A stretch of DNA of 64,000 nucleotides, from assembly GCA_028717645.1 (NCBI GenBank), contig JAQUNK010000004.1, forward strand, positions 16,349 to 80,348, in the 5' to 3' direction. This stretch comes from Candidatus Omnitrophota bacterium. Lineage in GTDB: Bacteria; Omnitrophota; Gorgyraeia; Gygaellales; JAMWDD01. Below the pieces are notes generated by a model. It had not been told where the DNA came from and made no database searches. It saw only the letters and a program-made list of their open reading frames with translations. This document shows, one piece after another, positions 19,208 through 29,001 of this stretch. Every line of letters begins with the position of its first letter. Within the stretch, counting starts at the first letter, position 1. The position numbers and the translations under genes are program-made.

Positions 19208-19628
19208 GGCTCTGCAAAAGTTTCACCACACCGTCGATAATCGCCTTGGGGCTGGCGGGGCAGCCCGGGATATAGGCTGAAACCGGTATTGCCGCATTGA
19301 TGCCTGACTTAACATTATAGCAGCCGTCAAAGACTCCTCCGGAGCAGGCACAAGTACCTACTGCCACGACGAATTTCGGTTCAGGCATCTGTTCATAGAT
19401 CATCTTCAGCCGGCACTCTACCTGCCGCGTTACCGGGCCGGAGCACAATAAAATATCCGCATGGCGCGGGGTGCCTTTTAACTGCACACCAAAACGCTCC
19501 AGGTCATAGCGCGGAGTGAGCGCTGCGATGATCTCGATATCGCAGGCATTGCACGCGCCGGTATTAAAATGCAGGACCCAGGGAGATTTGATACGCGCCC
19601 AATTTACTATGTGTGTTAATTTACCCAA
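19176..19628 (-). CDS. NuoB-like / hydrogenase small subunit (N2 [4Fe-4S] cluster)
   Basis: CNACDIE…, GTCACSGG… and GCPASP cysteine motifs. Confidence 0.85.
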   Translation of the reverse strand: MGKLTHIVNWARIKSPWVLHFNTGACNACDIEIIAALTPRYDLERFGVQLKGTPRHADILLCSGPVTRQVECRLKMIYEQMPEPKFVVAVGTCACSGGVFDGCYNVKSGINAAIPVSAYIPGCPASPKAIIDGVVKLLQSLEAEEEKKEK

Positions 19629-19648
19629 AACTGATAACCCTCCTCTGG

Positions 19649-19990
19649 CTATTTTCTCAATAAAACTATGAGGCCGATAACTGAGCCCAAAATATACAAT
19701 GTCGCGATGGTAAAGGTATGCACGGTCTCAGCCGGGACCGTAGCGATCATCAGGGCCACGACGTGCAGTATGGTGAAAAAGAAAGCAAAAGGGAAAAACT
19801 GGCTGTAGTCGGGCTGGATCATGTGCCCCTTGAAATCTTCACCGCAAGAATAGGCCTGCATTTCTGCACCCCTGTCTTCTCCTGCCTTCCGCTTAAAAGA
19901 AAGGCGCTTAAAGGCCTGCGTCAATAATAAAGACGCCGCTAAAATCGCTAAAAACGTAACCGGCGGATTAAGCAATAAGTTTTGCGGCAT
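19649..19990 (-). CDS. NuoA-like small membrane subunit
   Basis: 113 aa with 3 TM helices and a YSCGEDF motif resembling the NuoA YECG loop. Confidence 0.45.
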   Translation of the reverse strand: MPQNLLLNPPVTFLAILAASLLLTQAFKRLSFKRKAGEDRGAEMQAYSCGEDFKGHMIQPDYSQFFPFAFFFTILHVVALMIATVPAETVHTFTIATLYILGSVIGLIVLLRK

Positions 19991-19993
19991 AAA

Positions 19994-20305
19994 TTATCCT
20001 TTCAGATCCCTCAAATTCCGCGTATCGATGGTGCCGTGATGGCGGAAGATCGACAGGACAATGCCTCCGGCAACCACCATAAAAACTACTTCGATGACGA
20101 TCAGGGTGATCGCAATAGCCTGGGCGAGCCCTAAGTTACCGGTGAGGTAACCAGCGAGAATGATCAAAAGGGTCACTGCCTTGATCAGTATTTCGATACC
20201 GATCAATGCGCGGATGAGATTAAAGGTCACCAATATCGAATACGTGCCCGCAATGAACAAAAGTATCACGAATACGCTAAAGAGCCCGAATAAAGATACA
20301 TTCAT
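19994..20305 (-). CDS. NuoK/MrpC-like membrane subunit
   Basis: 103 aa containing NLIRALIGIEILIKAV, which matches the NuoK LIGLEIM region. Confidence 0.7.
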   Translation of the reverse strand: MNVSLFGLFSVFVILLFIAGTYSILVTFNLIRALIGIEILIKAVTLLIILAGYLTGNLGLAQAIAITLIVIEVVFMVVAGGIVLSIFRHHGTIDTRNLRDLKG

Positions 20306-20784
20306 TTTTTGTTTTCCTTAAAAAGTGCGACCACTCCGAAGGCACCGGCCAAGAGAACCAGGACCTGCCCGAAGAGGTCGATATGGCGCGTGTTCCAAAG
20401 GACATCGCGTACGTTTTCTGCCGGCACGCGGATAAAAATTACCTCGCTGGGAAAATGGCGCCAAAACAGCAAAATTGCCGCGGCAATAATAATGAGCGGC
20501 AACGGCCAAAATTTACTCAGACGCTGCCTACGCCTGGTCTTAAAATCGCTTTTGCTCATCCGGCGCGTAAAACTTATGGTGGTGATAAATATGACCGAGA
20601 TCAACCCTGCGCATACCGACAGTTCAAATACTGCGGCGAGGCTTGCGTTCAGCCGGAACATCAGGATGGAGAGCACAACACTGGTCAACGCCAACCCTAC
20701 TGCCGAACGCACCAGGCGGATGGCCATTACCGTCCAGATGACCATTATTAAAAGCACACTTAAAAGTATGAGGTCTATCATCAT
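20302..20784 (-). CDS. NuoJ/MrpB-like membrane subunit
   Basis: 160 aa containing AAVFELSVCAGLISVIF, which resembles the NuoJ ALEIIVYAGAIMVLF helix. Confidence 0.5.
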   Translation of the reverse strand: MMIDLILLSVLLIMVIWTVMAIRLVRSAVGLALTSVVLSILMFRLNASLAAVFELSVCAGLISVIFITTISFTRRMSKSDFKTRRRQRLSKFWPLPLIIIAAAILLFWRHFPSEVIFIRVPAENVRDVLWNTRHIDLFGQVLVLLAGAFGVVALFKENKK

Positions 20785-22211
20785 TTTAAAAATATTGACT
20801 GTACTGGAAAAATAAATTTATTCAGCACAAAAGGAAAACACACTCCCACCAAAACAATAATCGCTGCCAGAACCAACTGCGGGATGACCAACCCCGGCCC
20901 TACCTCTTTTACGCCGCCTAACCCATCTTTTAATTTTCCGAAAAATACATTGCGCTGCAAAATAAGCATATAGCCCAGCGTAAGTATACTGGCCAAAAGT
21001 GCGAAGGCGGCATAAAAATATTTTCCCGCTGCCCAAAGTGCCAAGACGATCATAAACTTGCTCCAGAAACCCGAAAATGGCGGAAGACCAGCAGTGGAAA
21101 GAAAACCGACCAGCGAAGTAATGCCGGTTGCAGGCATACGGTTGCTCAGGCCGCCCATCTCGCGCATATCCATCGTACCCAGCCTCTTTTCTACGCTGGC
21201 GGCATTGACAAAAAGCAAGGATTTGAATGTCGCGTGGTTAAAGAAATGGAACGCTGCAGCGGCAAAGGCAAAAGGTGTCCCCACTCCTGTTGCCAGGATG
21301 ATATACCCCACCTGGCTGATACTGGAATAAGCAAGCATGCGCTTAAAATTTTTCTGGGTCATGGCCAGGACCGCGCCGGTAATAATGGAAAGTGCTCCGA
21401 CAGCCATTACCATAGCCTGTATATGCAGGGATTCCCCGAATATGCTTAAGGAAAGGCGCATCAGCACATAAACGCCGACTACCTTGGTGATAATACCTGC
21501 CAAAAGCACCGACGCGGCAGAATGCGCCGCAGAATACGCGTCCGGCAGCCACCAATGGAAAGGGAATAAACCCGATTTGATGAACAAGCCACATAAAAAT
21601 AAACCGATGGATAATTTAATCAAGATCGGGTTAGGATACACTGACATGGCCTCGGCCAGGCCGCTTAATTCAAGGGTCGGAGAAAATAAAAGCATCAGTG
21701 CGATAGAAGAAAGCATCAGTATAGTAGCAAATGCCGAAAGCATCAGGTATTTGAATGCGCCTTCTAGCGCGAGCCGGCCGCGGTCTATGGAAATGAGGAC
21801 AAAAGAAATAATAGCAATGGTTTCAACGAACAGATAGATGGAAAATATATCCCTGAGCATTACTGTCGTGTTCATCCCGATAAGAGCAACGAGTAAAAGG
21901 TTCATGAACGTAGCACGCTGCCCGGGGTCATTGATGGTTGAGCGCGCCACACAGCAAGCCACAAAGGCCACAATGCCTATTGCCGCCAGCACTACAATAG
22001 AAAATTCATCGATAGCCAGTTTGAAATCGGGAAGCCAGGTGAAGATCACGTTATTCGTTTTTAACAAAGTCCCGGGCAGGGAAACTACGAAACCCGCCTG
22101 GGCAAGCGTTGCCAATGCCGTCAGGCTACAGGCCACATTGGGTGCGACCTTTTTCGACAGGTTCACCGCGACTAAGATCAAGAATGGTACCAATACCAAT
22201 AAAGAAAACAA
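20781..22211 (-). CDS. Antiporter-like subunit (NuoM/MrpD family)
   Basis: 476 aa with about 14 TM helices and the conserved NuoL/M/N core (…WLPDAYSAAHSAASVLLAG…). Confidence 0.8.
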   Translation of the reverse strand: MFSLLVLVPFLILVAVNLSKKVAPNVACSLTALATLAQAGFVVSLPGTLLKTNNVIFTWLPDFKLAIDEFSIVVLAAIGIVAFVACCVARSTINDPGQRATFMNLLLVALIGMNTTVMLRDIFSIYLFVETIAIISFVLISIDRGRLALEGAFKYLMLSAFATILMLSSIALMLLFSPTLELSGLAEAMSVYPNPILIKLSIGLFLCGLFIKSGLFPFHWWLPDAYSAAHSAASVLLAGIITKVVGVYVLMRLSLSIFGESLHIQAMVMAVGALSIITGAVLAMTQKNFKRMLAYSSISQVGYIILATGVGTPFAFAAAAFHFFNHATFKSLLFVNAASVEKRLGTMDMREMGGLSNRMPATGITSLVGFLSTAGLPPFSGFWSKFMIVLALWAAGKYFYAAFALLASILTLGYMLILQRNVFFGKLKDGLGGVKEVGPGLVIPQLVLAAIIVLVGVCFPFVLNKFIFPVQSIFLK

Positions 22212-22222
22212 ATTACCCTCTC

Positions 22223-24049
22223 CTATTTAACCATGAATGCCAGCGCGACCGCGGCACTCACCAGCGACCAAACAATATAGACGACATAATTACCCGTCTG
22301 TAACAATGCGAGTGCGCGCGAGGCCAAAAACGCCGTGCCGGCTAAAAAACCATCATAGAGCCAGTCGATAATGCGGTCTATGGCCATCAAAAGCAAGGAT
22401 GCGATATGAACAACCTTCATTCCTACTTCATAAGGATCGAACCATTTTCTTTCCGCAGCCTGATATATTGTCCCAAGGACCGGCGCATGATGGATGTGTT
22501 CCGAGGCCTTTAAGCCGCTGCCCGCGGCCTTAGCGGCGATCAAATGGTGGATTAATGCAGCGATCAAAACAACTATGGTCGTCAGGGTAAGCCAGGCGTT
22601 AGCCGGGAAACCGCTGAAGTTGTGCCCTTCTAATCTGGCATGGCCCAAAATCGGCTGAATAAACTTTTCAATGGGCAATTGGTTATAGACCCCGAATAAA
22701 ATACACAAAAAGGCGATCACGGCCATCGGCACCAGCATTCCCAGCGGCGCTTCTTTTACGCGCCGGTTTTCCTGGCTTGCCTTGCCGCAAAATGCGGCAT
22801 GCCCCAATTTTAAGAATGATGCCGCGGTGAAGAATGAGCCGATGAGTGCAGCAAGATAAAATATTTTTCCTCTTTCCAGTGCGCCGTCGTAAATAAGTTC
22901 TTTTGAGAAAAATCCGTTAAACGGAGGTACACCCGAAATAGAAAGCGCAGTGATCACAAAACAGGCAAAGGTAATCGGCATCTGCTTCCAGAGGCCGCCC
23001 AATCTTTCCAAGTCTGTGGTACCCGCCTGCTTTTCTACTGAACCTGCGGTAAAGAAAAGGCAGGATTTATAAAGCGCGTTATTGACCATGTGGAAGATGC
23101 CGCCGATGATGCCGGCAGGCACGCAGGTACCGATACCGAGGATCATATACCCCACCTGGCTGATAGCGTGATAAGAAAGCAACCTTTTATATTCCTTCTG
23201 CACCAGGGCCATCATTACCGCCAAAATGATCGTGGCCGCGCCGATGGTCATCATGGTAATACTTATCCACGAACCGGCGGAAAGCTTGAACATCTCCAGG
23301 GTTATGCGGGATAAGAAATATATGCCCAATAATTTTTCTAATGCTGCCGGCATCAACGCCATAAAAGGAAGCGGCGCGTCGGTGGCGGCACTGGGGATCC
23401 AACTATGGAAAGGCATGGAACCGCCCTTGGCGATCGCTCCGATCATCAGTAAGACGAAGGCAATGCTTGCCAGGGGAGTGAGTTCAAGGTGTATCTGGGA
23501 AATGGTCAGGGTCGAAGCAAGGTAACCGGTAATGGCAAGGCCGCCCATCATACACAAGTCAGATATACCCACGATAATAAATGCCTTAGTGGCAGTCTTA
23601 AAAGCATTTTTGTTGCCGATGGCGATCATGCCGAATATCGCCAGTAAGATGCCTTCCCAGAAAAAAAGCATAAAAATAAGGTTATTCGCCAGTACCGCGG
23701 CATTGGTACAAACCAGGATAATCAGCAGATAAAAATAAAATTGTTTGGGATGGTCCTTTCCGCGCATGGAAACGACGGAATATAATGCGGTGAGAAAAGC
23801 AAAAAGCGAAGCGAAAAGAACGATGAAGCCGCTAAAACGGTCGAGGCGAAGAGACAGATCAATGCCATGGCCTATCCAGGGAAGAATAAAAGAGATCTCT
23901 TTACCGAAAAGTTGTACGCTGATTGCCAGGGTAGCGGCGGTAGCCACTAAGGTAAGTGCTTCTTTCAGGCCGCGGGGCTTTCCCCGGGTCGCTAGAATCA
24001 GCACTGCTGCAACCAACGGTATAAATATAGGTAAGATTAAAATACTCAT
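22223..24049 (-). CDS. Antiporter-like subunit (NuoL/MrpA family, long form)
   Basis: 608 aa with …HSWIPSAATDAPLPFMALMPAA… and a C-terminal extension consistent with the NuoL lateral helix. Confidence 0.8.
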   Translation of the reverse strand: MSILILPIFIPLVAAVLILATRGKPRGLKEALTLVATAATLAISVQLFGKEISFILPWIGHGIDLSLRLDRFSGFIVLFASLFAFLTALYSVVSMRGKDHPKQFYFYLLIILVCTNAAVLANNLIFMLFFWEGILLAIFGMIAIGNKNAFKTATKAFIIVGISDLCMMGGLAITGYLASTLTISQIHLELTPLASIAFVLLMIGAIAKGGSMPFHSWIPSAATDAPLPFMALMPAALEKLLGIYFLSRITLEMFKLSAGSWISITMMTIGAATIILAVMMALVQKEYKRLLSYHAISQVGYMILGIGTCVPAGIIGGIFHMVNNALYKSCLFFTAGSVEKQAGTTDLERLGGLWKQMPITFACFVITALSISGVPPFNGFFSKELIYDGALERGKIFYLAALIGSFFTAASFLKLGHAAFCGKASQENRRVKEAPLGMLVPMAVIAFLCILFGVYNQLPIEKFIQPILGHARLEGHNFSGFPANAWLTLTTIVVLIAALIHHLIAAKAAGSGLKASEHIHHAPVLGTIYQAAERKWFDPYEVGMKVVHIASLLLMAIDRIIDWLYDGFLAGTAFLASRALALLQTGNYVVYIVWSLVSAAVALAFMVK

Positions 24050-25488
24050 TTTATTAATGCGATCTGCTGCACTATTGTCCCAACCACTTTATCCGGATAA
24101 TAAATAAATATGCCAGCGGCTAAAGAAAGAAAAGCCAGGAGTGCCACGCAAAATACCATTACCGGCTCGCCTTCTTTTACCGGCTCTGTTTTCGGTTCGC
24201 CTAAAAATACCAGATTAAAGGCGCGGAAAAGATAAAGTATGGTCATTACCGCACCCACCAAAAAAGTAAAGGCAATAAGGAGATTCCCGCTGTTAAAAGC
24301 TCCAGCCATCACCATGTATTTGCTGAAGAATCCACCAAGGGGCGGGATACCCATTACAGAAAAGGCACACAAAATGAACGCGGCCGCGGTGAGCGGCATA
24401 GTCTGGATGAGGCCTCCCAGCCGGGTGATGTCCCTGACCTTGGTTTTTTGCTCGATAATACCCGCGCACAAGAAAAGCCCTGCCTTGGCCAGGCCGTGCA
24501 TCAAAATATATAAAAGCCCTCCGGCCAGGCCAATGATATTGCCGATAGAAAGCCCTAAAAAGATAAAGGCGATCTGGCTCACTGTGGAATAAGCGATGAC
24601 CCTTTTCAGGTCCGTTTCAATTAGTGCCGCACCCGCGCTAACCAAGGCGCTCGCGCCGCAGATAAGTGGTATAGCCGTATGCCAAAATTGCTCCACATTC
24701 AATGTCGCCACGAAGAGGCGCGCGTAAACATAGACGCCGATCTTCACCAGTACTGCCGCATGCAGGAGTGCGGTGACCGGAGAAGGCGCCACGCCGGCAT
24801 CCGGCAACCAGGTATGGAACGGCAGGGTCGCGGACTTGGATAAAATACCCGCCATAATCAGGGCAACTGCCAGGCTTGAGGCCGCCTGCATTTTTAAACC
24901 GTCTTTGATCACCAACAGGTCAAATGAACCAGTCTGCTGATAGAGATTGATGAAGCCCAAAAGCATGACCAACGCGCCGAATACGGTGACCAGGAATGCC
25001 TTGTCTGCCTTAAGCACGTGGTTCTTTTCCCGGAAAAATCCAATCAGGCGCCAGCTGACTATGGCCGTGGCCTCCCAGAATAAATAAAGAAAGATCAGGT
25101 TCGCCGAAAAGACCAGGCCAAGCATCGAACCCAGGAACAAAACCACCATAAAATAGTATTCGTTCTGGTCGTCGTAATGGCTGATGTAGCCAAAAGAATA
25201 AAGCACGACTATGGCGCTGACCAGGCTTGAGACCAGGCTCATAAAGACCGCCAGTCCGTCGGCATATAAAACAAAATTAAAACCCAGAGGAAGGAATTTG
25301 GTAAAGATAATGGTCTTTCCGGCCAGGACGCCGGGCAGGATAATTAAGGAAAGTAAAAATGACGCAGCAACAAAAGCGAGTGCCAGATGATTTCTAAAAT
25401 TCTTAGAGATCCTTCCGGCAATCGGCAGAAAAAACGAGCCTAATATCGGGATAAAAACTGTGAGTAGAAGTAGGTTTGTCTGCATCAC
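24046..25488 (-). CDS. Antiporter-like subunit (NuoN/NuoM/MrpD family)
   Basis: 480 aa, polytopic, with …FHTWLPDAGVAPSPVTALLHAA…. Confidence 0.8.
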   Translation of the reverse strand: MMQTNLLLLTVFIPILGSFFLPIAGRISKNFRNHLALAFVAASFLLSLIILPGVLAGKTIIFTKFLPLGFNFVLYADGLAVFMSLVSSLVSAIVVLYSFGYISHYDDQNEYYFMVVLFLGSMLGLVFSANLIFLYLFWEATAIVSWRLIGFFREKNHVLKADKAFLVTVFGALVMLLGFINLYQQTGSFDLLVIKDGLKMQAASSLAVALIMAGILSKSATLPFHTWLPDAGVAPSPVTALLHAAVLVKIGVYVYARLFVATLNVEQFWHTAIPLICGASALVSAGAALIETDLKRVIAYSTVSQIAFIFLGLSIGNIIGLAGGLLYILMHGLAKAGLFLCAGIIEQKTKVRDITRLGGLIQTMPLTAAAFILCAFSVMGIPPLGGFFSKYMVMAGAFNSGNLLIAFTFLVGAVMTILYLFRAFNLVFLGEPKTEPVKEGEPVMVFCVALLAFLSLAAGIFIYYPDKVVGTIVQQIALIK

Positions 25489-25525
25489 AAAAAAAATGTC
25501 TTCTAGTTTCTAGCTAGAAGACATC
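25488..25525 (-). terminator. Rho-independent terminator downstream of the TonB-receptor gene
   Basis: An 11-bp perfect inverted repeat (ATGTCTTCTAG…CTAGAAGACAT) is followed by an 8-nt U-run on the minus strand, abutting the start of the hydrogenase-locus first gene. Confidence 0.6.
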
Positions 25526-25585
25526 CTCATCCTAATCTTAATAGCTAAGCGGTAATATATTAGCATAACCTCGCGGTTTGTCAAA

Positions 25586-27430
25586 TCAAAATTCCAGCTT
25601 CATCCCGCCGGTCAAAGAGAAACCCGGCATAGGAAAACCCTGGATCACGCGGTATTTCCGGTTCAAAAGGTTATCTATGTAGGCAAAGCAGGTAACCCCC
25701 TCCTTTATCTTCTTGGTTACACTTAAACCTAAGACAAAGAACCTTTTTACCTTCTCTGTGTTCGCGGCGTTGTTAAACCTGGTGGCGGTAAACTGGCCCT
25801 TCAGTTCCACGACCAACCCTTTATAGTCAGCGTATTTCAGGCGCACATCGGCTTTATGCTCGGGCTGATAAACCAGGAATTTATGGGTCTTGGCATCCAG
25901 GGCCCTTAAAAACGTGTAATTGACCTCTAAGCCGAGTTTATCAATAATATATACCTTATTCTCGAATTCTACGCCGTCGATAGTCGCCGAGCCGATATTT
26001 TGCGGCCGCCAGATGCCGGTTCCGTCATCAGACCACTGGATCAACTCATTATAATTGCTGCGGTAATAAGTAAGCCCTGAGGTAAAATACTTGCTTATCT
26101 TTGCTTCTGTGCCGATCTCCGCAGTAATGCCTTTCTCGGGCTTCAGGTTAGGATTGCCCTCTTCCCACCCGTCGAAAGGCCAGTATAGATCATTGAAAGT
26201 GGGCGCGCGGAATGACCTGCTGACCAAGCCGTGGACCTTTATATTCTCGTTAAAGGTATAAAGAAAATCGAAATTCGGGTTGATCTGTGCGCCGAAGTTA
26301 GAATAATCATCGAGCCTGGCGCCGAAATTGATCTTCAGGTTCTTCGCCAGGTCCAGGTGGTTCTGCAGGTAACCTGCGGTCACATCATATTCGTGTTTCG
26401 CGCTGGTGGTAGAATCATTCATATTTTTTACGTAATTGAACCCACAGACCAGGCGGTACTTCTCCAGCAGTTGCTTTTCCACTTCCACGTCTAAACCCCT
26501 TACCGTAGTGGCGTGGATGTCTTTCTGGAATGGCGTCTCCCATACCTGTTCAGCATTGTTCTCCATAAATTCCAGCCGGTCGTAGTTCTGGTAAACATTC
26601 GTGATAAAAGCGGTCTCTTCGTCCGGCCGGAAACTCCAGTTAAAATCAAAGAAGCGCTTCAGCGTACGCTGTTTATCGTCCGGATCAAAAAGGTATGCCG
26701 GCCCGGGTGTACCTAATCTGTCGGTGTAAAAACCGGAATTTAAATTGAGGTTATTTTCTTCGTTTGCTGCGTAGCTGAGTTTAAGATTTGCGTCTTTGGC
26801 AGTAAGGGCAGAATTGGGCCGGAAACCTTCCGAACTCTGGTATCCGCCGCTGGCAAGGTATCCGAATTTTGAAATATTCGCCCCCTGCGACAAGCGTTCT
26901 ATATAGGTACGGGCAGTGCCGAAACTGGAGTAAACTTCGGTTTTTTGGCCCTGCTTCGGAGGATTTTTGGTAATGATATTGAGCGTGCCGCCCATTGCCG
27001 AACTGCCATAAAGGCTGGAGCCCGGGCCGCGCATCAATTCTATCCGGTCTATGCTTTCTAAGGGGATAGTGGAAAGATCTACCTGGCCATCGCGCGGGTT
27101 ATTGACCGGCCTACCGTCGACCATAACCAGCACCTGGGCCGCGGTCGAACCGCGCATCCGGATGTTCTTATTCGCACCCGGCCCGCCGTAATCGCTAATA
27201 TCGACTGAAGGCAGGTTTGTGAGCACGTCGGCCAGATTTTGTGAGCCTTCTTCCTGGATCTCGCCGGAACCGACCACGTCTACGTTGCGGGTGGTAGAGC
27301 CGTAACTTTCTTCCATCCTAGAAGGAGTCACGACTATTTTTTCCAGATTAACGTTTTGCGAAAAAGCAGATCTTACAAAAATGCCTGCCGCGAAACAAAT
27401 AACGCCTAAAACCTTGCTTAACTTTACCAT
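25586..27430 (-). CDS. TonB-dependent outer-membrane receptor (BtuB-like, cobalamin riboswitch-controlled)
   Basis: Signal peptide, plug domain, a 22-strand-barrel-sized protein and a C-terminal …GMKLEF ending in aromatic Phe. A cobalamin riboswitch sits in its leader. Confidence 0.85.
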   Translation of the reverse strand: MVKLSKVLGVICFAAGIFVRSAFSQNVNLEKIVVTPSRMEESYGSTTRNVDVVGSGEIQEEGSQNLADVLTNLPSVDISDYGGPGANKNIRMRGSTAAQVLVMVDGRPVNNPRDGQVDLSTIPLESIDRIELMRGPGSSLYGSSAMGGTLNIITKNPPKQGQKTEVYSSFGTARTYIERLSQGANISKFGYLASGGYQSSEGFRPNSALTAKDANLKLSYAANEENNLNLNSGFYTDRLGTPGPAYLFDPDDKQRTLKRFFDFNWSFRPDEETAFITNVYQNYDRLEFMENNAEQVWETPFQKDIHATTVRGLDVEVEKQLLEKYRLVCGFNYVKNMNDSTTSAKHEYDVTAGYLQNHLDLAKNLKINFGARLDDYSNFGAQINPNFDFLYTFNENIKVHGLVSRSFRAPTFNDLYWPFDGWEEGNPNLKPEKGITAEIGTEAKISKYFTSGLTYYRSNYNELIQWSDDGTGIWRPQNIGSATIDGVEFENKVYIIDKLGLEVNYTFLRALDAKTHKFLVYQPEHKADVRLKYADYKGLVVELKGQFTATRFNNAANTEKVKRFFVLGLSVTKKIKEGVTCFAYIDNLLNRKYRVIQGFPMPGFSLTGGMKLEF

Positions 27431-27439
27431 GCTCCCATC

Positions 27440-27568
27440 CTTTCCTTTCCAGCGAAAGTACTTTCCGCTAAGCAGGTGATCGACCGGGCTCCTCTCCGCT
27501 TGAAGAGATTACCGTTGCGCGGCAGCACCCGGGATTAAACCGGGACTTCCTTCACCCGTACGGATTAT
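27440..27568 (-). promoter_or_regulatory. Cobalamin (AdoCbl) riboswitch in the TonB-receptor leader
   Basis: On the minus strand the sequence reads GGTGAAGGAAGTCCCGGTTTAATCCCGGGTGCTGCCGCGCAACGGTAA…GAGCCCGGTCGATCACCTGC. This matches the conserved core (…AAGGGAA.CC.GGTGAAAATCC…GCTGCCCCCGCAACTGTAA…) and the B12 box. Confidence 0.8.
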
Positions 27569-27569
27569 T

Positions 27570-28259
27570 TTATTTTTTTTCTACTGTCCTGTATTTCCTG
27601 ATATCCAAGAACCAATATTTCCAAAATCCGGTCTTAAGCACCGGCTCACTTTCCGTGATCTCGATCCTGCGCTTAAAGAACGGCCCGTCGACGACCAGGG
27701 TATGGTATTCGCCGTTCTCACCGCACGGGCAGATATTTTTTTTCTTCAACTCTGCGGCCAACTCTTTGTCGATATAGCGGCCGAGGAATTCCCGGCCCAT
27801 GATATCCGCCTTACAACTGACAATGATCGCTTTAAACCCCGCCTTCAGGAATTCATCAATGATGTTTTCCACCGGGTTGTTCCAAAGCGGTTCTAAGGCG
27901 TCGATCTTCAGATCGCCGCAGACACGCTCAACCCAACTTTCATGTTCCAAAAGATAGATATCGCCGAAAACCATGGAACGCGTATCCTTGCCCCTTAATT
28001 CATTGACCGCGGCCTTGAATTCTTCTTCATATTTCTGCATATCCGGGCTCACTTCTCTTTGCACGATAGGCAGGCCGATCAGCTCCGCCTGCAGTTTCAA
28101 TAACCGCGACTCGATCCCGTGGAAACAACCGCGCTTTGATTCGCGGGAAATAAAATTTAAAAGCAGCTTTATATCATGGCCCTGCTGTATCGCCTTATAA
28201 CAAGCCAGGCAGCTGTCTTTACCGCCGCTCCACGACGCTATTGTCTTTGATCTATCCAT
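27570..28259 (-). CDS. MJ0570/Dph6-like PP-loop ATP pyrophosphatase (diphthine-ammonia-ligase family), last gene of the cobalamin salvage operon
   Basis: Starts with a WSGGKDS PP-loop at the N-terminus. Fold and size match the Diphthami_syn_2 family. It overlaps cobS by 8 nt. Confidence 0.6.
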   Translation of the reverse strand: MDRSKTIASWSGGKDSCLACYKAIQQGHDIKLLLNFISRESKRGCFHGIESRLLKLQAELIGLPIVQREVSPDMQKYEEEFKAAVNELRGKDTRSMVFGDIYLLEHESWVERVCGDLKIDALEPLWNNPVENIIDEFLKAGFKAIIVSCKADIMGREFLGRYIDKELAAELKKKNICPCGENGEYHTLVVDGPFFKRRIEITESEPVLKTGFWKYWFLDIRKYRTVEKK

Positions 28260-29001
28260 AAATGATCCCTCCCGCGATACAAAAAGTCGATAATGTGATT
28301 ATTTCCGTCAATTCAATTGTTGCCCCCAGGGTATCTCCGGTCATCCCGCCGATCTTCCTACTGAAAAATTTAGCGCTTAAATAAGTAAAACCGCCGACCA
28401 CTAACAACGCGATTGTGCCGGTCAGCCATCCGAGTACTAAGGCAAAGATAACGGCCGATGCTGAAGCGATAAGAAAAGTCTTCAAGGTCATTCCCTGAAT
28501 AAAAACCTTGGCCTTGCCTTCCTGGCGGGCATAAGGAAAAAAAGACATTGCCCCGACCGCCGACCAGCGGCTTAAAACGCACATCAATATCAGGGCAGCC
28601 GCTTTATCCTGCGGCCGTAGGGAAAAAATAAGCCCTACCTTTAAGAGTAGCGCGCAAACCACGCTGGCAACGCCCAGCGCGCCGCTATGCGGATCGCGCA
28701 TGATCGCCAGGAATTTTTCCTTATCTTTGCCGCTGGAGATCGCGTCGAAGGTATCCGAGAGTCCGTCTAAATGCATACCGCCGGTAATCAATACCAAGGC
28801 CACGACCAAAACTATTGCCGCAGTAAGTTCATAGAAATTCAGGGCGTACAATACCCTGCTTAACCCGAAAAGTATCAGGCCGATAAACAGCCCCACCGCC
28901 GGGAACCAGGCCGGGGCTTGCGCAAACTTACGCTCATCCATATTTTTAATACGCAGGGGGATAACGGTCAAAAACTGCAATGCTGAAAGAAGGCTTGTCA
29001 T
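28252..29001 (-). CDS. cobS: Adenosylcobinamide-GDP ribazoletransferase (cobalamin synthase)
   Basis: 249 aa, polytopic, starting MTSLLSALQFLTVIPL, with the CobS signature. Confidence 0.85.
   Translation of the reverse strand: MTSLLSALQFLTVIPLRIKNMDERKFAQAPAWFPAVGLFIGLILFGLSRVLYALNFYELTAAIVLVVALVLITGGMHLDGLSDTFDAISSGKDKEKFLAIMRDPHSGALGVASVVCALLLKVGLIFSLRPQDKAAALILMCVLSRWSAVGAMSFFPYARQEGKAKVFIQGMTLKTFLIASASAVIFALVLGWLTGTIALLVVGGFTYLSAKFFSRKIGGMTGDTLGATIELTEIITLSTFCIAGGIIYG

Noticed and set aside
20309-20815. Plus-strand 168-aa and other ORFs across the NuoJ/K-like genes
   Set aside because: Antisense shadows of membrane-subunit genes; the products are Arg-rich nonsense.
11499-25585. Rex operator (TTGTGAA-N6-TTCACAA) in leaders of rex, the hydrogenase operon and ack-pta
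   Set aside because: Only weak half-site-like matches (for example TTTGTCAAAT near 25570) were seen by eye. Not reported as a feature.
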